From assembly GCA_963932905.1 (NCBI GenBank), contig CAWVRN010000013.1:46472-110471 (forward strand): DNA of 64,000 nt, in the 5' to 3' direction. Below the pieces are notes generated by a model that was not told where the DNA came from, did not search any database, and was given only the letters and a program-made list of their open reading frames with translations. Origin of the DNA: an uncultured Bdellovibrio sp. (lineage in GTDB: Bacteria > Bdellovibrionota > Bdellovibrionia > Bdellovibrionales > Bdellovibrionaceae). This document shows positions 28,287-38,624 of the stretch, in pieces. Within the stretch, counting starts at the first letter, position 1; each line of letters starts with the position of its first letter. The position numbers and the translations under genes were made by a program.

Positions 28287-29408
28287 ATGAGTTCTTTCCT
28301 AAAAAGAAAATTTATTTTTCTTCTATTTTTTTTGATTTCGGTAGTTTTCGTCTTTTACTCAATAAAATTTAAAAAAAGCACTTCGGTTTCATCTCGACTG
28401 AATAGAACAGTTGTGGTGTCATACAACGATTTAAACGAATCGTTACTCAACTCTAAATTGATTCAGATTATATCTTTAGGCGTGAAGGAAATTTACGTTC
28501 GGATTGAAAGCCAAATTCACATTACCTGCAGTTTTAAGGTCGAGGATCCGTGCCGCGTTGACAAATCACAAGTAAATTCTGTTGCTGCCTGGCAGAGTTT
28601 TTTAAAAGCGCTCGGTGAAAAAGGAATCACCGCAAACTTAGTCTATGATCTGAATATCAATAATTTTTCATATAAGATGCACTCCTACAAGTCTGAAAGG
28701 GGCCGAATTGAAGGTCCAAGTAGCGTCGGCAATCTTAAAAGTAGATTCATTTTTCAAAATACTAAATTTATCGAAATTATTAAAAGTGATTTTAATATAA
28801 TTTCGGGGCTAACAGATTTCAAAAGGGTTTTTTTTGGATCAGATCTGGATTTGTTTTTTTCTCAATTGCCAGATATCACTATAATCCAAAGCGAAGTGCA
28901 GGGATTCTGGAAGCTCATTAAGCAATTAAAAGAGATAAATCCAAACAAGTCATTATCTTCGTGTTTTAACTACGAACACTTGAAGGGTTCACTTTTCTGG
29001 GGCGCTATGGACAAAACTCAAATGCGCAAGCAAGACGAATTTTGTTTTTCCTCGTTTCCAACTCAAATTAAATGGGCTAAAAAATTTGGTATTGAAAAAC
29101 AATTTGTTCTTCTTGATTCCCCAAAGGACGATTTCACCTCCGACTACTATGACAGTCTAGTAACAATTGGCCTAACAGAAAAACCTATTCATATTGTCGG
29201 ATTTGCCTACCCTTTGCTACCAGAAGAAAAGGACTTGCAGGCAAAAGTCTTGAATACAGTTTTGTATGCGCTTCCACGATATATAGCTTCAGTAGCCTGG
29301 GAAAACCGGCTTTCCCTTAACGATCAAAAAAATCTAGCCGAGTCTATGAGTATTTGGCATGAACAGGATTTTAATTTGAATAGTTCTGGTAGTATGTTTT
29401 TCGAATGA
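28287..29408 (+). CDS. Membrane-anchored protein, possibly glycoside-hydrolase-like TIM barrel
   Basis: N-terminal TM; LGVKEI, FGSDLD, FSSFP, KPIHIVGFAYP resemble clan GH-A strands but lack the usual Glu residues. Confidence 0.45.
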   Translation: MSSFLKRKFIFLLFFLISVVFVFYSIKFKKSTSVSSRLNRTVVVSYNDLNESLLNSKLIQIISLGVKEIYVRIESQIHITCSFKVEDPCRVDKSQVNSVAAWQSFLKALGEKGITANLVYDLNINNFSYKMHSYKSERGRIEGPSSVGNLKSRFIFQNTKFIEIIKSDFNIISGLTDFKRVFFGSDLDLFFSQLPDITIIQSEVQGFWKLIKQLKEINPNKSLSSCFNYEHLKGSLFWGAMDKTQMRKQDEFCFSSFPTQIKWAKKFGIEKQFVLLDSPKDDFTSDYYDSLVTIGLTEKPIHIVGFAYPLLPEEKDLQAKVLNTVLYALPRYIASVAWENRLSLNDQKNLAESMSIWHEQDFNLNSSGSMFFE

Positions 29409-29419
29409 GATCGAAATAA

Positions 29420-30262
29420 TTATTCACATCGCTGGAAAAAATCGGTCGAGTCGGTTTTGTCTAACACCACGATCTTTGATTCAAATGCCAAATTTTTACG
29501 TGAAACATGGACCATAAAACTTAGGTAGGTGAACGGCTCTACCAATTTTTTTTTCATCGGAAACTCACGGCTTCGCCTACTAAGCCATTCATGATTAAGT
29601 TGGATTCGCTCAGTTTCGTCCGAATATGAAATCTGCTTTAAAGAATTTCGCCAAGAAAACACAAACTCAACTTCAAAACCTTCTTGCAAGACAGATTTTA
29701 TTTTTTCCTGATTTACGTAGGCCACAACAGCGTTCGTTTTTTTATTCACCTTAAGATCCAGATCCCCAAATAGATATTTACCAGCATTCGTGTGGAAGTC
29801 ATTGCGAACAGAAATATTTTTTTCTTGAAACACCGATACTGAATTTTCTTGTCTAGATATCTGTATTGAAATGTCCCAAATTTTAAGAGGAAACAGTGCC
29901 CCTAAATCAAAAACAAAAAAACCAAGCCTGCATTTTTTTAACATCGCTACGCAATTTGGCATTTCATATTCATGGTGCCCATTAGGTCCAAACAACTTGG
30001 GATAATAGAAAGTCTTTCCATTATAAATAATTCTCTGGTTAAACTGACTATACTTTTCGGCGAAATTTATTTCTAGATTTTTGGTTAATTCAGGTGTTGG
30101 CAAGTCGGTTTCCAACCTTAATGCATTTGGATAATACACTTGAACATCACCACATTGATTCTTTCGAATAAAAACGTCGTGTTGAAAAAAAAAGTCGAGT
30201 TTGCTTTCGGCGAACAAGTTTACTGACAACAAAAGTAGCCAAAAAACTAAATTGAAATTCAT
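29420..30262 (-). CDS. Secreted Cys-bridged protein, paralog family B
   Basis: Signal peptide LFA|ES; clear paralog of 14386..15255. Confidence 0.8.
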   Translation of the reverse strand: MNFNLVFWLLLLSVNLFAESKLDFFFQHDVFIRKNQCGDVQVYYPNALRLETDLPTPELTKNLEINFAEKYSQFNQRIIYNGKTFYYPKLFGPNGHHEYEMPNCVAMLKKCRLGFFVFDLGALFPLKIWDISIQISRQENSVSVFQEKNISVRNDFHTNAGKYLFGDLDLKVNKKTNAVVAYVNQEKIKSVLQEGFEVEFVFSWRNSLKQISYSDETERIQLNHEWLSRRSREFPMKKKLVEPFTYLSFMVHVSRKNLAFESKIVVLDKTDSTDFFQRCE

Positions 30263-31212
30263 TTAGATTCTCGCCGTAAAGAGTGTATAGGAATTAACGC
30301 GAATAAAAATACTAACCAGAAAAATGTGACAAAGTAGGTCGATTTCGAGAAATAACCAAGATTTAAATTCCAAGTCATATTTACATAATCATGTTCAAAA
30401 ATTTCGATATATGTTCCATCTACCAATTTTTTAACTATATATATGCCTCTTAGATTATTCGTTTCTAAAATGGAGATTTCGATCTTCTTCTCTAAATATT
30501 TCGACATGTCGGCAAGAATTTTACTTCCCTCGTCTTTTAAATCAAAATATGGATCAGTTAACAATTCAGGACCAGTTTGACTGACGACACGGCATCGGGC
30601 ATTGATGTGAATACAAAACTCACGCAAACCCGTTTTACTGTAAATCTCAACACCGTTTAGAAATTTTTCTCTCTCTTTCAAAGTCGATGACATAATTCCC
30701 GAAGGAAACGAACTATGATTTAAATAAATCGCAGAACCGACAACCCCAATAAATACAATTCTCAGCGACCTTAGAACCCGTTTCGGTTTAAAAAACAGAA
30801 AAAACCCTAAATTTAGAACGAGGCCAGGAACCATTAAAACAATTTTGCTGTACTGAGGATTCAATCCAAATTTTTCGGCCCCGATTAAGGCATAGAACCC
30901 TGAGGAAATAAAATACGGGTGAACAATGTCGTCGAAAAACATAACTTTCTGAAGAAAGTATCCACCCAAAAATGAAATCCAAAGTGATCGATAGTCACTT
31001 ATTTTAGAAATCAAAGTCAGATATGAAAATAGTATTGTACCTTGAAATAATGCCTGCTGTAAAACAACCCAGTCTTCGGCTACTTGTTCAACGGGATATG
31101 AAAGTAACGAGCCTGCAATCAGAGAATACCCGACCAATACAATTGCAAAAATGAATATATCTAAAAAAAATATCTTTTCTTTGATTACACGGCACAACCT
31201 ACTCATAGCCAA
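30259..31212 (-). CDS. Multi-pass membrane protein
   Basis: About 6 hydrophobic segments with a Cys-pair loop. Confidence 0.7.
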   Translation of the reverse strand: MAMSRLCRVIKEKIFFLDIFIFAIVLVGYSLIAGSLLSYPVEQVAEDWVVLQQALFQGTILFSYLTLISKISDYRSLWISFLGGYFLQKVMFFDDIVHPYFISSGFYALIGAEKFGLNPQYSKIVLMVPGLVLNLGFFLFFKPKRVLRSLRIVFIGVVGSAIYLNHSSFPSGIMSSTLKEREKFLNGVEIYSKTGLREFCIHINARCRVVSQTGPELLTDPYFDLKDEGSKILADMSKYLEKKIEISILETNNLRGIYIVKKLVDGTYIEIFEHDYVNMTWNLNLGYFSKSTYFVTFFWLVFLFALIPIHSLRRESK

Positions 31213-31449
31213 TTATTGCGCCTTTATACCATATTGTAAACAAACCACTTTCAAAGTATCGAATAGTATTTTTAGGTTACGTAAAAAATTTCTGGGCCAA
31301 TTGAACCATTTTTTTGGCGATCAAATGACTCCGGTTATCAGCTTTTAAACTAAAACAGACTACTTATGGGAAAAGTGTAGTTTTTAAAGTAAAAATAGTT
31401 TCTGATATAAACTAAAGTAATTCTATATTTTAATGAAGGATAAAGACTA

Positions 31450-32382
31450 GTGGATAAAAAGAAAACTTTGTATTTTCTTTGTTTGGCTGTATCACTGGTA
31501 TTTTACCTCGTATTTGGTTATATTAAAAATTTTGACGAAGCCCATAGTTCTTTAACTGATGACGACGATATCGATAGAAAATCTTATTTGGTTTGGTCCC
31601 GAAGTATTTACGAAGAATCGACTACCTGTGGATATAGCAAGACTCAACATGATTACCTGAGTTTTAAATTTGTGAATATACCAATCGACGTAGTAAAAGA
31701 AATGGAAACTTTCGAAATAACTGCCGACTATGTTGTCCAAACGTCAGGAAGGTTTTTTAACATTTTGGCTTCTATTGCATTAACCGAATTCAGTCCGAAT
31801 TCAGTCAACGGAGCAAAATATAGTTATTCAAATACGTTTGGCGGCGGCTCATATAGCGGAAGCTCAACAACTAATCTTAAGCTATTTTGTACGAAATCGG
31901 TCTGTAACTTTACCCTAATTCTTCATCACGATCAGTTCGGCTTTCCACCTATAAAAGAAAATGCAAAATACAGGGTGCAGTTTTACAATCAAAAAAAGAA
32001 AATATATAGCGTCGAAATGCCTGATATACCTCGTATTATGGCCAATAAAGCCGAACTTTACCCCGATATAACCGCAAAAATAGGTGAAGGAAAAATATAC
32101 GTCGAATCTTTTATTCCTGTCCCGAACGTATCAGGAGCCGCCAGAATTACTTGGCAGGAAAATAATAAACAAAGTGAAGAAGTATTTTTATTCGACAGCA
32201 GTACAAAAGATATGAATTTTGAAAACAGTGTTAGTTTTTCGAAAGAGCTGCAGTATGCAGCCGGACTAATCCATATTCAGTTGCCAAACAATAACTCTTT
32301 TGAAAAAAAATTAGTAATAAAGAAAACCACTCCCGACGGAGCAAATTGTGACCAGCTTCCCTTAACTCGAGCCAGAAAGTAA
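31450..32382 (+). CDS. Membrane-anchored protein, possible distant family B member
   Basis: N-terminal TM; TTCG, CTKSVC, terminal NC give the same 4-Cys layout. Confidence 0.65.
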   Translation: MDKKKTLYFLCLAVSLVFYLVFGYIKNFDEAHSSLTDDDDIDRKSYLVWSRSIYEESTTCGYSKTQHDYLSFKFVNIPIDVVKEMETFEITADYVVQTSGRFFNILASIALTEFSPNSVNGAKYSYSNTFGGGSYSGSSTTNLKLFCTKSVCNFTLILHHDQFGFPPIKENAKYRVQFYNQKKKIYSVEMPDIPRIMANKAELYPDITAKIGEGKIYVESFIPVPNVSGAARITWQENNKQSEEVFLFDSSTKDMNFENSVSFSKELQYAAGLIHIQLPNNNSFEKKLVIKKTTPDGANCDQLPLTRARK

Positions 32383-32558
32383 CATAGTCTGGTCAACGAA
32401 AGGGGACAGGTCACAGGCAATTAGCCCTACTTAACCCAAGAACAATAGATTAGTTATAAAAATACCAAATTGATACACCCTGGTTTCTCATTATAAGGCA
32501 GTTTCAAATTTACTTTTATTTGTCTCGCGGAAGCCGATACAATTTATGTGAGGGATCA

Positions 32559-33002
32559 ATGAAATTACTATTATTTTTTTCTCTAAGCCTTTTCTTAATC
32601 TCCTGCCAAACCAATATGGCTAAGCAATTCGAGCGTATTAATATCGGTGCCGATAAAGATTCCGTTCTTGATCGTTTAGGCAATCCTCGTGGTATTACGC
32701 GTATGAACGGTGAAGATCGTTGGTACTATTTGTATTACCAAGATGAAATTCGCCAACAAAAAGAAATTCATTTCAAAGATGGCCTGGTGATTTATGTTGG
32801 GGATAAAAAGAAACCAACACCGGAGATCGACCCCGTGGCCATCGATACCAAAAACGCCGAAGTAAATAAAAATTTTGAAGAGGAAGCCGAACGTAAACAG
32901 CAAGACTCAAAAAATGCGTATACGAACTATATCAAATACCAAAAGAAAATCAAAAAAGAAGACGAAGTACAGTATCTTCCAGAATTTGAACCCGTCGAAT
33001 AG
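32559..33002 (+). CDS. bamE: Outer membrane assembly lipoprotein BamE-like
   Basis: Lipobox LISC; IGADKDSVLDRLGNP, RWYY, IHFKDG. Confidence 0.75.
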   Translation: MKLLLFFSLSLFLISCQTNMAKQFERINIGADKDSVLDRLGNPRGITRMNGEDRWYYLYYQDEIRQQKEIHFKDGLVIYVGDKKKPTPEIDPVAIDTKNAEVNKNFEEEAERKQQDSKNAYTNYIKYQKKIKKEDEVQYLPEFEPVE

Positions 33003-33009
33003 CGATAGA

Positions 33010-33600
33010 TTATTTCTTTAAAATTTTAGGTTGAGCCAAGTTATTGTTATCAATGCTTGGCTTTTTTTCTACGTCGGCCACCGGTTTCTTTTCTTCTTTT
33101 ACACCGTAGTGAGTTTTCACTTTGGCCACTGTCTTCTTCACTTGGCCTTCGATCGTTTGCGCATCCTCGTAGTCATCAATACTTTTGATTTCTATTTTCT
33201 CATACTTACGTTTCTCTGTAATACCCACATCAGGGTAACGATATCTCAAAAGCTGCGCACTTTGATTGTAGTCCTCTAACAACTTCGTAAGTTCTTTGTG
33301 TTCTCGCAATAATTCGCCCACCAAGGCTTCCGCTTCGGCTTTGTTTTTGGCGCTGTTTTTATGATGAATGATTTCTTTAATAGTTTCTTCTTTAGATTTA
33401 ATCTTAGTTTTTAGAGCACTTAATGAAGTGACTACCTCCATCCACTCTTTTGTGCGTTCCTGCTGCTGCTTTTCTTCAAACGGAATTTTTTCCGCCGTTG
33501 CCGCTGGCGCACCACTGTGTTCGCCGCCACCTTCATTAGCATCAGCAACGGCAGCTACTAAACAAAAACATAAAACTACGACACTACTGAGTCGAAACAT
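33010..33600 (-). CDS. Secreted hypothetical coiled-coil protein
   Basis: Signal peptide ADA|NE, helical K/E-rich body. Confidence 0.75.
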   Translation of the reverse strand: MFRLSSVVVLCFCLVAAVADANEGGGEHSGAPAATAEKIPFEEKQQQERTKEWMEVVTSLSALKTKIKSKEETIKEIIHHKNSAKNKAEAEALVGELLREHKELTKLLEDYNQSAQLLRYRYPDVGITEKRKYEKIEIKSIDDYEDAQTIEGQVKKTVAKVKTHYGVKEEKKPVADVEKKPSIDNNNLAQPKILKK

Positions 33601-34303
33601 GATGCCTCCAGCTTAGAACTAAACCCAATGCTGTAATCCGCTTTACCAGGACAATAATTTTAGGAGCCGACACATTGGAAATCGTCAGCTTCCCGTCTTT
33701 CATATTCTGCGTAAGATCTTCGATGTTCCAACCAAAACGCTTATCTTCAAGCGCCTCTATCAAATCCCGTTTTGTTTCACCCAGATCAATTCCCGAAATT
33801 TCGATATCAAATGATAACAAACCTGTTTCAGAAACATCGTTTCCAAAGTTTTGCACATCATCAGCAAAGTTTTTAAATGCATTGGTCGTGGGTCGCGGGA
33901 TCTGTTCAGCCAAAGGTTCTTCTGGCAAAGAATTCATTTCCGGCATCGCATTCATTTCCGGTTGCTGCTCCTGATTGCCTTGAATATTAAACAGGTCATT
34001 CGACTGCGGTTGATCCTGCTGCTGTTGAGCATACGGATCGTTTTCAGGCGAACCATAATCCAAAGACATTCCCCCCTCTACAGGCGGCAACATCTGATTG
34101 GCGATTGGTTCTTCTGGTTGAATTACTGGTTCTTCATTGGTTGGCTCGGCAGTTAAATCCGAAGCCAGTGGTTCTTTAGAGTTTTCGGGAACACCGTCAA
34201 AGCCGATGAAAAATTCGGCTTTGCAGTGTTCGCAACGAAATAACGTTCCGAAGTTATCATCGGTGATAGCAATTGGTTTAGAACAATTCGGACATTGAGC
34301 CAT
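33584..34303 (-). CDS. Zinc-ribbon domain protein
   Basis: CPNC...CEHC, acidic Q/P/E linker, compact C-terminal domain. Confidence 0.75.
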   Translation of the reverse strand: MAQCPNCSKPIAITDDNFGTLFRCEHCKAEFFIGFDGVPENSKEPLASDLTAEPTNEEPVIQPEEPIANQMLPPVEGGMSLDYGSPENDPYAQQQQDQPQSNDLFNIQGNQEQQPEMNAMPEMNSLPEEPLAEQIPRPTTNAFKNFADDVQNFGNDVSETGLLSFDIEISGIDLGETKRDLIEALEDKRFGWNIEDLTQNMKDGKLTISNVSAPKIIVLVKRITALGLVLSWRHHVSTQ

Positions 34304-34311
34304 TAGCTCAA

Positions 34312-36972
34312 TTATCTTCTTTTATTATCCTTTTGTAAACGGCGACGCTGTTCACGGTTCATTTTACCGTCGTCAGCTGGGCCACTACTGTAGGTCATTT
34401 TGTTTCTTGGCTTGGTTTCTGGAGCCTCTAAACCACGACCAATGTCCTGCTCTTGCGGCGACTGATAATTTAATTCACTCAAATCCTGCTCTTCGGGCAT
34501 GAACGACTCTAGCGCCTCTTGCGCTTGCTGAGCTACGATTTTAACTTTCATCAATTTTTCAGCGACCTCTTGGCGGATTGACGCATTCAATTGTTCGAAC
34601 GCCATGAAGGCTTCTTTTTTGTATTCGATCAAAGGATCTTTCTGAGCATAACCGCGCAAACCAATACCCTCTTTTAATTTATCGATAACAAGTAAATGTT
34701 CTTTCCATTTTGTATCGATACTTTGAAGAAGAATCATTTTTTGAACTTGATCAAAATACTGACCCATTTCTGTTTTCTGAGTTTCATAAACATGCTTGAT
34801 CGCAGCTTTTATAGCTTCTGTAATCTGATCCGCTGTACCTGCATAGATAGACGGATCTAAACGAATTCCAAAATTTTGTGACAATGATACCGTTAAGCCT
34901 TCGACGTTCCACTGATCTCGAGGTGCTCCTTCTGGCATATTCACATCTAGAACATTAGATGTTACATCACCTAACATTTCTAAAATCGTGGTACCAATCT
35001 CGTTTCCTTCTAGAACATTACGACGCATTTGATAGATCGCATTTCTTTGAATATTCATTACATTGTCGTAGTCGAACAAGTTTTTACGAACATCAAAGTG
35101 ATGTCCTTCCACTTTCCTTTGTGCGCCTTCAATTTGTGACGTTACCATTTTAGCTTCGATCGGTTCGTTCTCGTCGATTTTTAGGAATGTCATGGCTTTT
35201 TGGATTTTCTCGCCATTGAAAATTCTTAATAAGTTATCTTCAAGTGACAAATAGAACCGTGATTCACCCGGATCGCCTTGACGACCAGAACGACCACGCA
35301 GCTGATTATCAATACGACGAGATTCATGTCGTTCTGTACCAATAATATATAAGCCACCGGCGGCAACCACTTCTTTCTTTTCAGCTTCACATTGCGCTTT
35401 GTATTTCTTTAGTGCTGCTTCAAACTCAGGTCCTTCTTCCGCATTCACTTCACGGCGAGCTAAACCTTCCGCATTACCACCCAGTACGATGTCGGTACCA
35501 CGACCAGCCATGTTCGTTGCGATCGTCACAGAACCTTTGCGGCCTGCTTGCGCGACGATTTCAGCTTCGCGTTCGTGATGTTTCGCATTTAGGACTTGGT
35601 GACGTACGCCTTCTTTTTTCAAGAATTGGCTTAATAATTCAGAACGCTCGATACTGATTGTACCGACAAGAATGGGCTGACCATTGTGTTGACGTGACTT
35701 GATATCTTCCACAATCGCGCGGAATTTGGCCATTTCTGTTTTATAAATCACATCGTTCTTATCTTGGCGGGCAATCGGTCGGTGCGTAGGAATAACAGAA
35801 ACTTCTAAATCATAGATCTTTTTGAACTCAACCGCTTCTGTATCCGCCGTACCGGTCATACCGGCCAACTTAGAATACATTTTGAAATAATTTTGGAACG
35901 TGATCGATGCCAGCGTTTGATTTTCATTTTTGATTTCAACGCCTTCTTTAGCTTCGATCGCTTGATGAATACCATCGCTCCAGCGACGACCTGGCATTAA
36001 ACGACCCGTGAATTCATCGACAATAACGATTTCGCCATTTTGGATCATGTAGTCCACATCCAGACGATACATGTGATGAGCTTTCAATGCTTGAATCACG
36101 TGATGCAGAATCTCGATGTTTTCAGCATCGTATAGATTGCCTAAGCCTAACAACTGCTCGACTTTTTTATTACCTTCATCGGTTAAAGAAACCGATTTCG
36201 ATTTTTCTTCCGTTGTGAAGTGTTCTTTATCTTTTAACTGAGGAATAATTTTATTAATGATTACGTATTTGTCTGTCGAAGCTTCGGCAGGGCCAGAAAT
36301 AATCAGCGGCGTACGCGCTTCATCGACCAAAATGGAATCGCACTCATCCACGATTGCAAAATTATGAGCTTTTTGAACGTAATCATTCAAATCAAATTTC
36401 ATGTTGTCGCGAAGGTAATCAAAACCAAGTTCGTTATTTGTCGCGTACGTAATATCGCTAGCGTAAGAAACTTTTCTTTCTTCATCTGTTAAACCGTGCA
36501 CGATAATTCCGATGGATAAACCCAACCAGTTGTACAGGCGACCCATCCATTCAGCGTCACGTTTTACTAGGTAATCGTTCACGGAAACAACGTGAACGCC
36601 TTTGCCGCTGAGGGCATTTAGATACACTGGCAACGTCGCCACTAATGTTTTACCTTCACCCGTTCTCATTTCTGAAATACGGCCTTTGTGTAAGCAGTAA
36701 CCACCGATTAACTGAACGTCGTAGTGGCGCATACCTAAGCAACGAAGCGAAGCTTCGCGGCAAACCGCAAAGGCTTCTGGCAAAATATCATCTAATGTTT
36801 CGCCTTTAGTTAATCTGTCTTTAAACTCAGGAGTTTTAGCTTTGAGTTGGTCATCCGTTAGAGCCTTGATTTTAGGTTCCCAAGCATTGATCTTATCAAC
36901 GACAGGTTGGATGGTTTTCATTTCGCGATCGTGTTTGGTACCAAAAATGGATTTTAATAAGTTTGCAATCAT
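34312..36972 (-). CDS. secA: Preprotein translocase subunit SecA
   Basis: [58 protein letters not shown]. Confidence 0.99.
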   Translation of the reverse strand: MIANLLKSIFGTKHDREMKTIQPVVDKINAWEPKIKALTDDQLKAKTPEFKDRLTKGETLDDILPEAFAVCREASLRCLGMRHYDVQLIGGYCLHKGRISEMRTGEGKTLVATLPVYLNALSGKGVHVVSVNDYLVKRDAEWMGRLYNWLGLSIGIIVHGLTDEERKVSYASDITYATNNELGFDYLRDNMKFDLNDYVQKAHNFAIVDECDSILVDEARTPLIISGPAEASTDKYVIINKIIPQLKDKEHFTTEEKSKSVSLTDEGNKKVEQLLGLGNLYDAENIEILHHVIQALKAHHMYRLDVDYMIQNGEIVIVDEFTGRLMPGRRWSDGIHQAIEAKEGVEIKNENQTLASITFQNYFKMYSKLAGMTGTADTEAVEFKKIYDLEVSVIPTHRPIARQDKNDVIYKTEMAKFRAIVEDIKSRQHNGQPILVGTISIERSELLSQFLKKEGVRHQVLNAKHHEREAEIVAQAGRKGSVTIATNMAGRGTDIVLGGNAEGLARREVNAEEGPEFEAALKKYKAQCEAEKKEVVAAGGLYIIGTERHESRRIDNQLRGRSGRQGDPGESRFYLSLEDNLLRIFNGEKIQKAMTFLKIDENEPIEAKMVTSQIEGAQRKVEGHHFDVRKNLFDYDNVMNIQRNAIYQMRRNVLEGNEIGTTILEMLGDVTSNVLDVNMPEGAPRDQWNVEGLTVSLSQNFGIRLDPSIYAGTADQITEAIKAAIKHVYETQKTEMGQYFDQVQKMILLQSIDTKWKEHLLVIDKLKEGIGLRGYAQKDPLIEYKKEAFMAFEQLNASIRQEVAEKLMKVKIVAQQAQEALESFMPEEQDLSELNYQSPQEQDIGRGLEAPETKPRNKMTYSSGPADDGKMNREQRRRLQKDNKRR

Positions 36973-37009
36973 GTGAATTAGGATAGACTCCTTAAGTTAA
37001 AACAGCAAC

Positions 37010-37480
37010 TTAGATCTGTTTGTACTTAATCTGACGGAGCGCCTCGTAGACAGAAACAGCCACTGCCGTCGCCATATTTAGACTTCTGACTAGACCGGGT
37101 GTTGGAATGAAAACACTTGTTTCTTCGTTATCACGAATGATTTCTGGATTCAGGCCTTTGGATTCTTTGCCAAATACTAAAAAATCGCCTTTTTGAAAGG
37201 AAAAATCATAAATTGAGTTTTTGGCGTGGGCGGAAAAATAAACTTTTCGCCCGTGCGGCAACTGGGACAAAGAATCCAGTGTCGTCCACTGCAAATGTTG
37301 CCAATAATCCAAACCGGCGCGTTTTAATTTCGCGTCGGTGATTTCAAATCCCATAGGTTTTATCAATGTTAAAGACGTCTCGGTGGCCACACAGGTGCGG
37401 CCTACGTTGCCGGTATTATTAGGTATTTCCGGCTCGACAAGAACAATATGAAGAAGTGGATTATAAGTAACGGTAAACTT
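37010..37480 (-). CDS. trmL: tRNA (cytidine/uridine-34-2'-O)-methyltransferase; start codon not canonical
   Basis: The frame extends upstream of the track start as HIVLVEPEIPNNTGNVGRTC; LKRAGLDYW, FGKESKGL, RSLN. Confidence 0.88.
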   Translation of the reverse strand, partial: KFTVTYNPLLHIVLVEPEIPNNTGNVGRTCVATETSLTLIKPMGFEITDAKLKRAGLDYWQHLQWTTLDSLSQLPHGRKVYFSAHAKNSIYDFSFQKGDFLVFGKESKGLNPEIIRDNEETSVFIPTPGLVRSLNMATAVAVSVYEALRQIKYKQI

Positions 37481-38054
37481 CCTGACCTAATTTAGTAAGC
37501 GCAATTCGGCGACCTTTATCGATCACCAGTTCCAAGTTCATCAATTCACGATAAAGAGCTAAATCAATAGGCACAATATCGCGGCCCGAACTTTTGCCTA
37601 ATTTTTGGATATAATTACGCTGTCGTTCGTTCAATTTTTTTGGGATCGGTGGCTTTTCTGAAAGGGCCTTTTGCCAGTCACCATTTTCGATATATTTTAC
37701 ATCCGAGCTTAATTTTTCTGGATTCAGAAAATAAACGTGAGCGTCGACGGAACCTGACTCTGCTTGAACCGACACTAACTCTTTAAGAGTCAGCCCCTGA
37801 GCCGGATTCTGAGCAAAATAGCCCATTAATTCATCAACTAAATGCGCCGTTAGATCGGTCGTATTCAAACGCACTAAGGTACCCTGAACAACATCAGCCC
37901 CTTGCTTTACAAGCACAGGAAAGCCGATTTTTGAGCGATAAACAGCCGCCTGAATCGTTGCCGATTCAGTTGAAACAATAAGATTTTGTATTTTACCTAA
38001 GAAGAAATCCCCATCTGCCAAAGAAGTGCACAGAAATATAGAATTTGTAGACAT
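37461..38054 (-). CDS. Gamma-glutamylcyclotransferase-like protein with C-terminal extension
   Basis: GFPVLV, VQGTLV, AHVYF, IENGDW. Confidence 0.65.
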   Translation of the reverse strand: MSTNSIFLCTSLADGDFFLGKIQNLIVSTESATIQAAVYRSKIGFPVLVKQGADVVQGTLVRLNTTDLTAHLVDELMGYFAQNPAQGLTLKELVSVQAESGSVDAHVYFLNPEKLSSDVKYIENGDWQKALSEKPPIPKKLNERQRNYIQKLGKSSGRDIVPIDLALYRELMNLELVIDKGRRIALTKLGQEVYRYL

Positions 38055-38215
38055 AATTCCCCTCCAATTATTACTCCAAATTGCGAAGGCTGGTAGATAC
38101 CAAAGACCTTCAGAATGCGCAAGCGACGAGAATTATCGTTTTGCGTTATGTGAAATATTTCTTAGTCTAAGACAAAAATTGTTTGCTATTACTTTGAGTA
38201 CTTAACGGGGTAATT

Positions 38216-38614
38216 ATGAGTGAAGATACAATAGATTTTATGGGTTATATGTGGATCCAAAAAGAAGACGGCGTCGTGACCGTTGGGATTAACGAAGAAG
38301 GCCTACAAGACTTCGACGAAATCACATCTATTGAACTTCCTTCAGAAAATGACAAAGTCGAAGCCGATACTGTGATCGGTACAATCGAAACCGATGACGG
38401 TCCACTGGACATTTATTCACCTGTTGACGGCACTATTTTAGAAATCAATCCTCAAGTTCTTGAAAACCCATCATTAATCCAAGATGACCCGTTTGAAGAA
38501 GGCTGGTTATTGCGTATCGAAACAACAGACGACATCGATGAAGATGACGAAGATTTTGACGATGAAGACGAAGATGATGAGGACGACGAGGATTCTGAAG
38601 AGGAAGAAGAATAG
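38216..38614 (+). CDS. GcvH-like protein lacking the lipoyl lysine, acidic tail
   Basis: WI...VTVGI, DIYSPVDGTILEIN, DPFEEGWL; ESVK site reads ETDD. Confidence 0.8.
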   Translation: MSEDTIDFMGYMWIQKEDGVVTVGINEEGLQDFDEITSIELPSENDKVEADTVIGTIETDDGPLDIYSPVDGTILEINPQVLENPSLIQDDPFEEGWLLRIETTDDIDEDDEDFDDEDEDDEDDEDSEEEEE

Positions 38615-38624
38615 TTAGTTCTTC

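Larger units (their letters stand above)
6223..32382. other. Accessory island: radical SAM/2OG-oxygenase cluster plus pilin-tail-fibre genes
   Basis: Block of unknown, paralogous and phage-like genes between housekeeping genes; much of it looks AT-richer (spot checks only: 17/60 GC at 8341-8400 vs 29/60 at 35281-35340); no integrase or att site seen. Confidence 0.65.

Noticed and set aside
7581..30193. A9/T9 runs in island genes (e.g. 7581, 12397, 14862, 27727, 27945, 30185) as phase-variation switches
   Set aside because: All frames are intact and such runs are expected in AT-rich DNA; read-level length variation would be needed
34312..34500. SecA lacks the C-terminal SEC-C zinc motif (ends MNREQRRR...)
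   Set aside because: A known variation among SecA proteins
38525..38614. GAY/GAR trinucleotide-like repeats; likewise the repeats at 51990-52120 and 55860-56260
   Set aside because: Explained by low-complexity protein coding; no repeat-spacer structure, so not CRISPR
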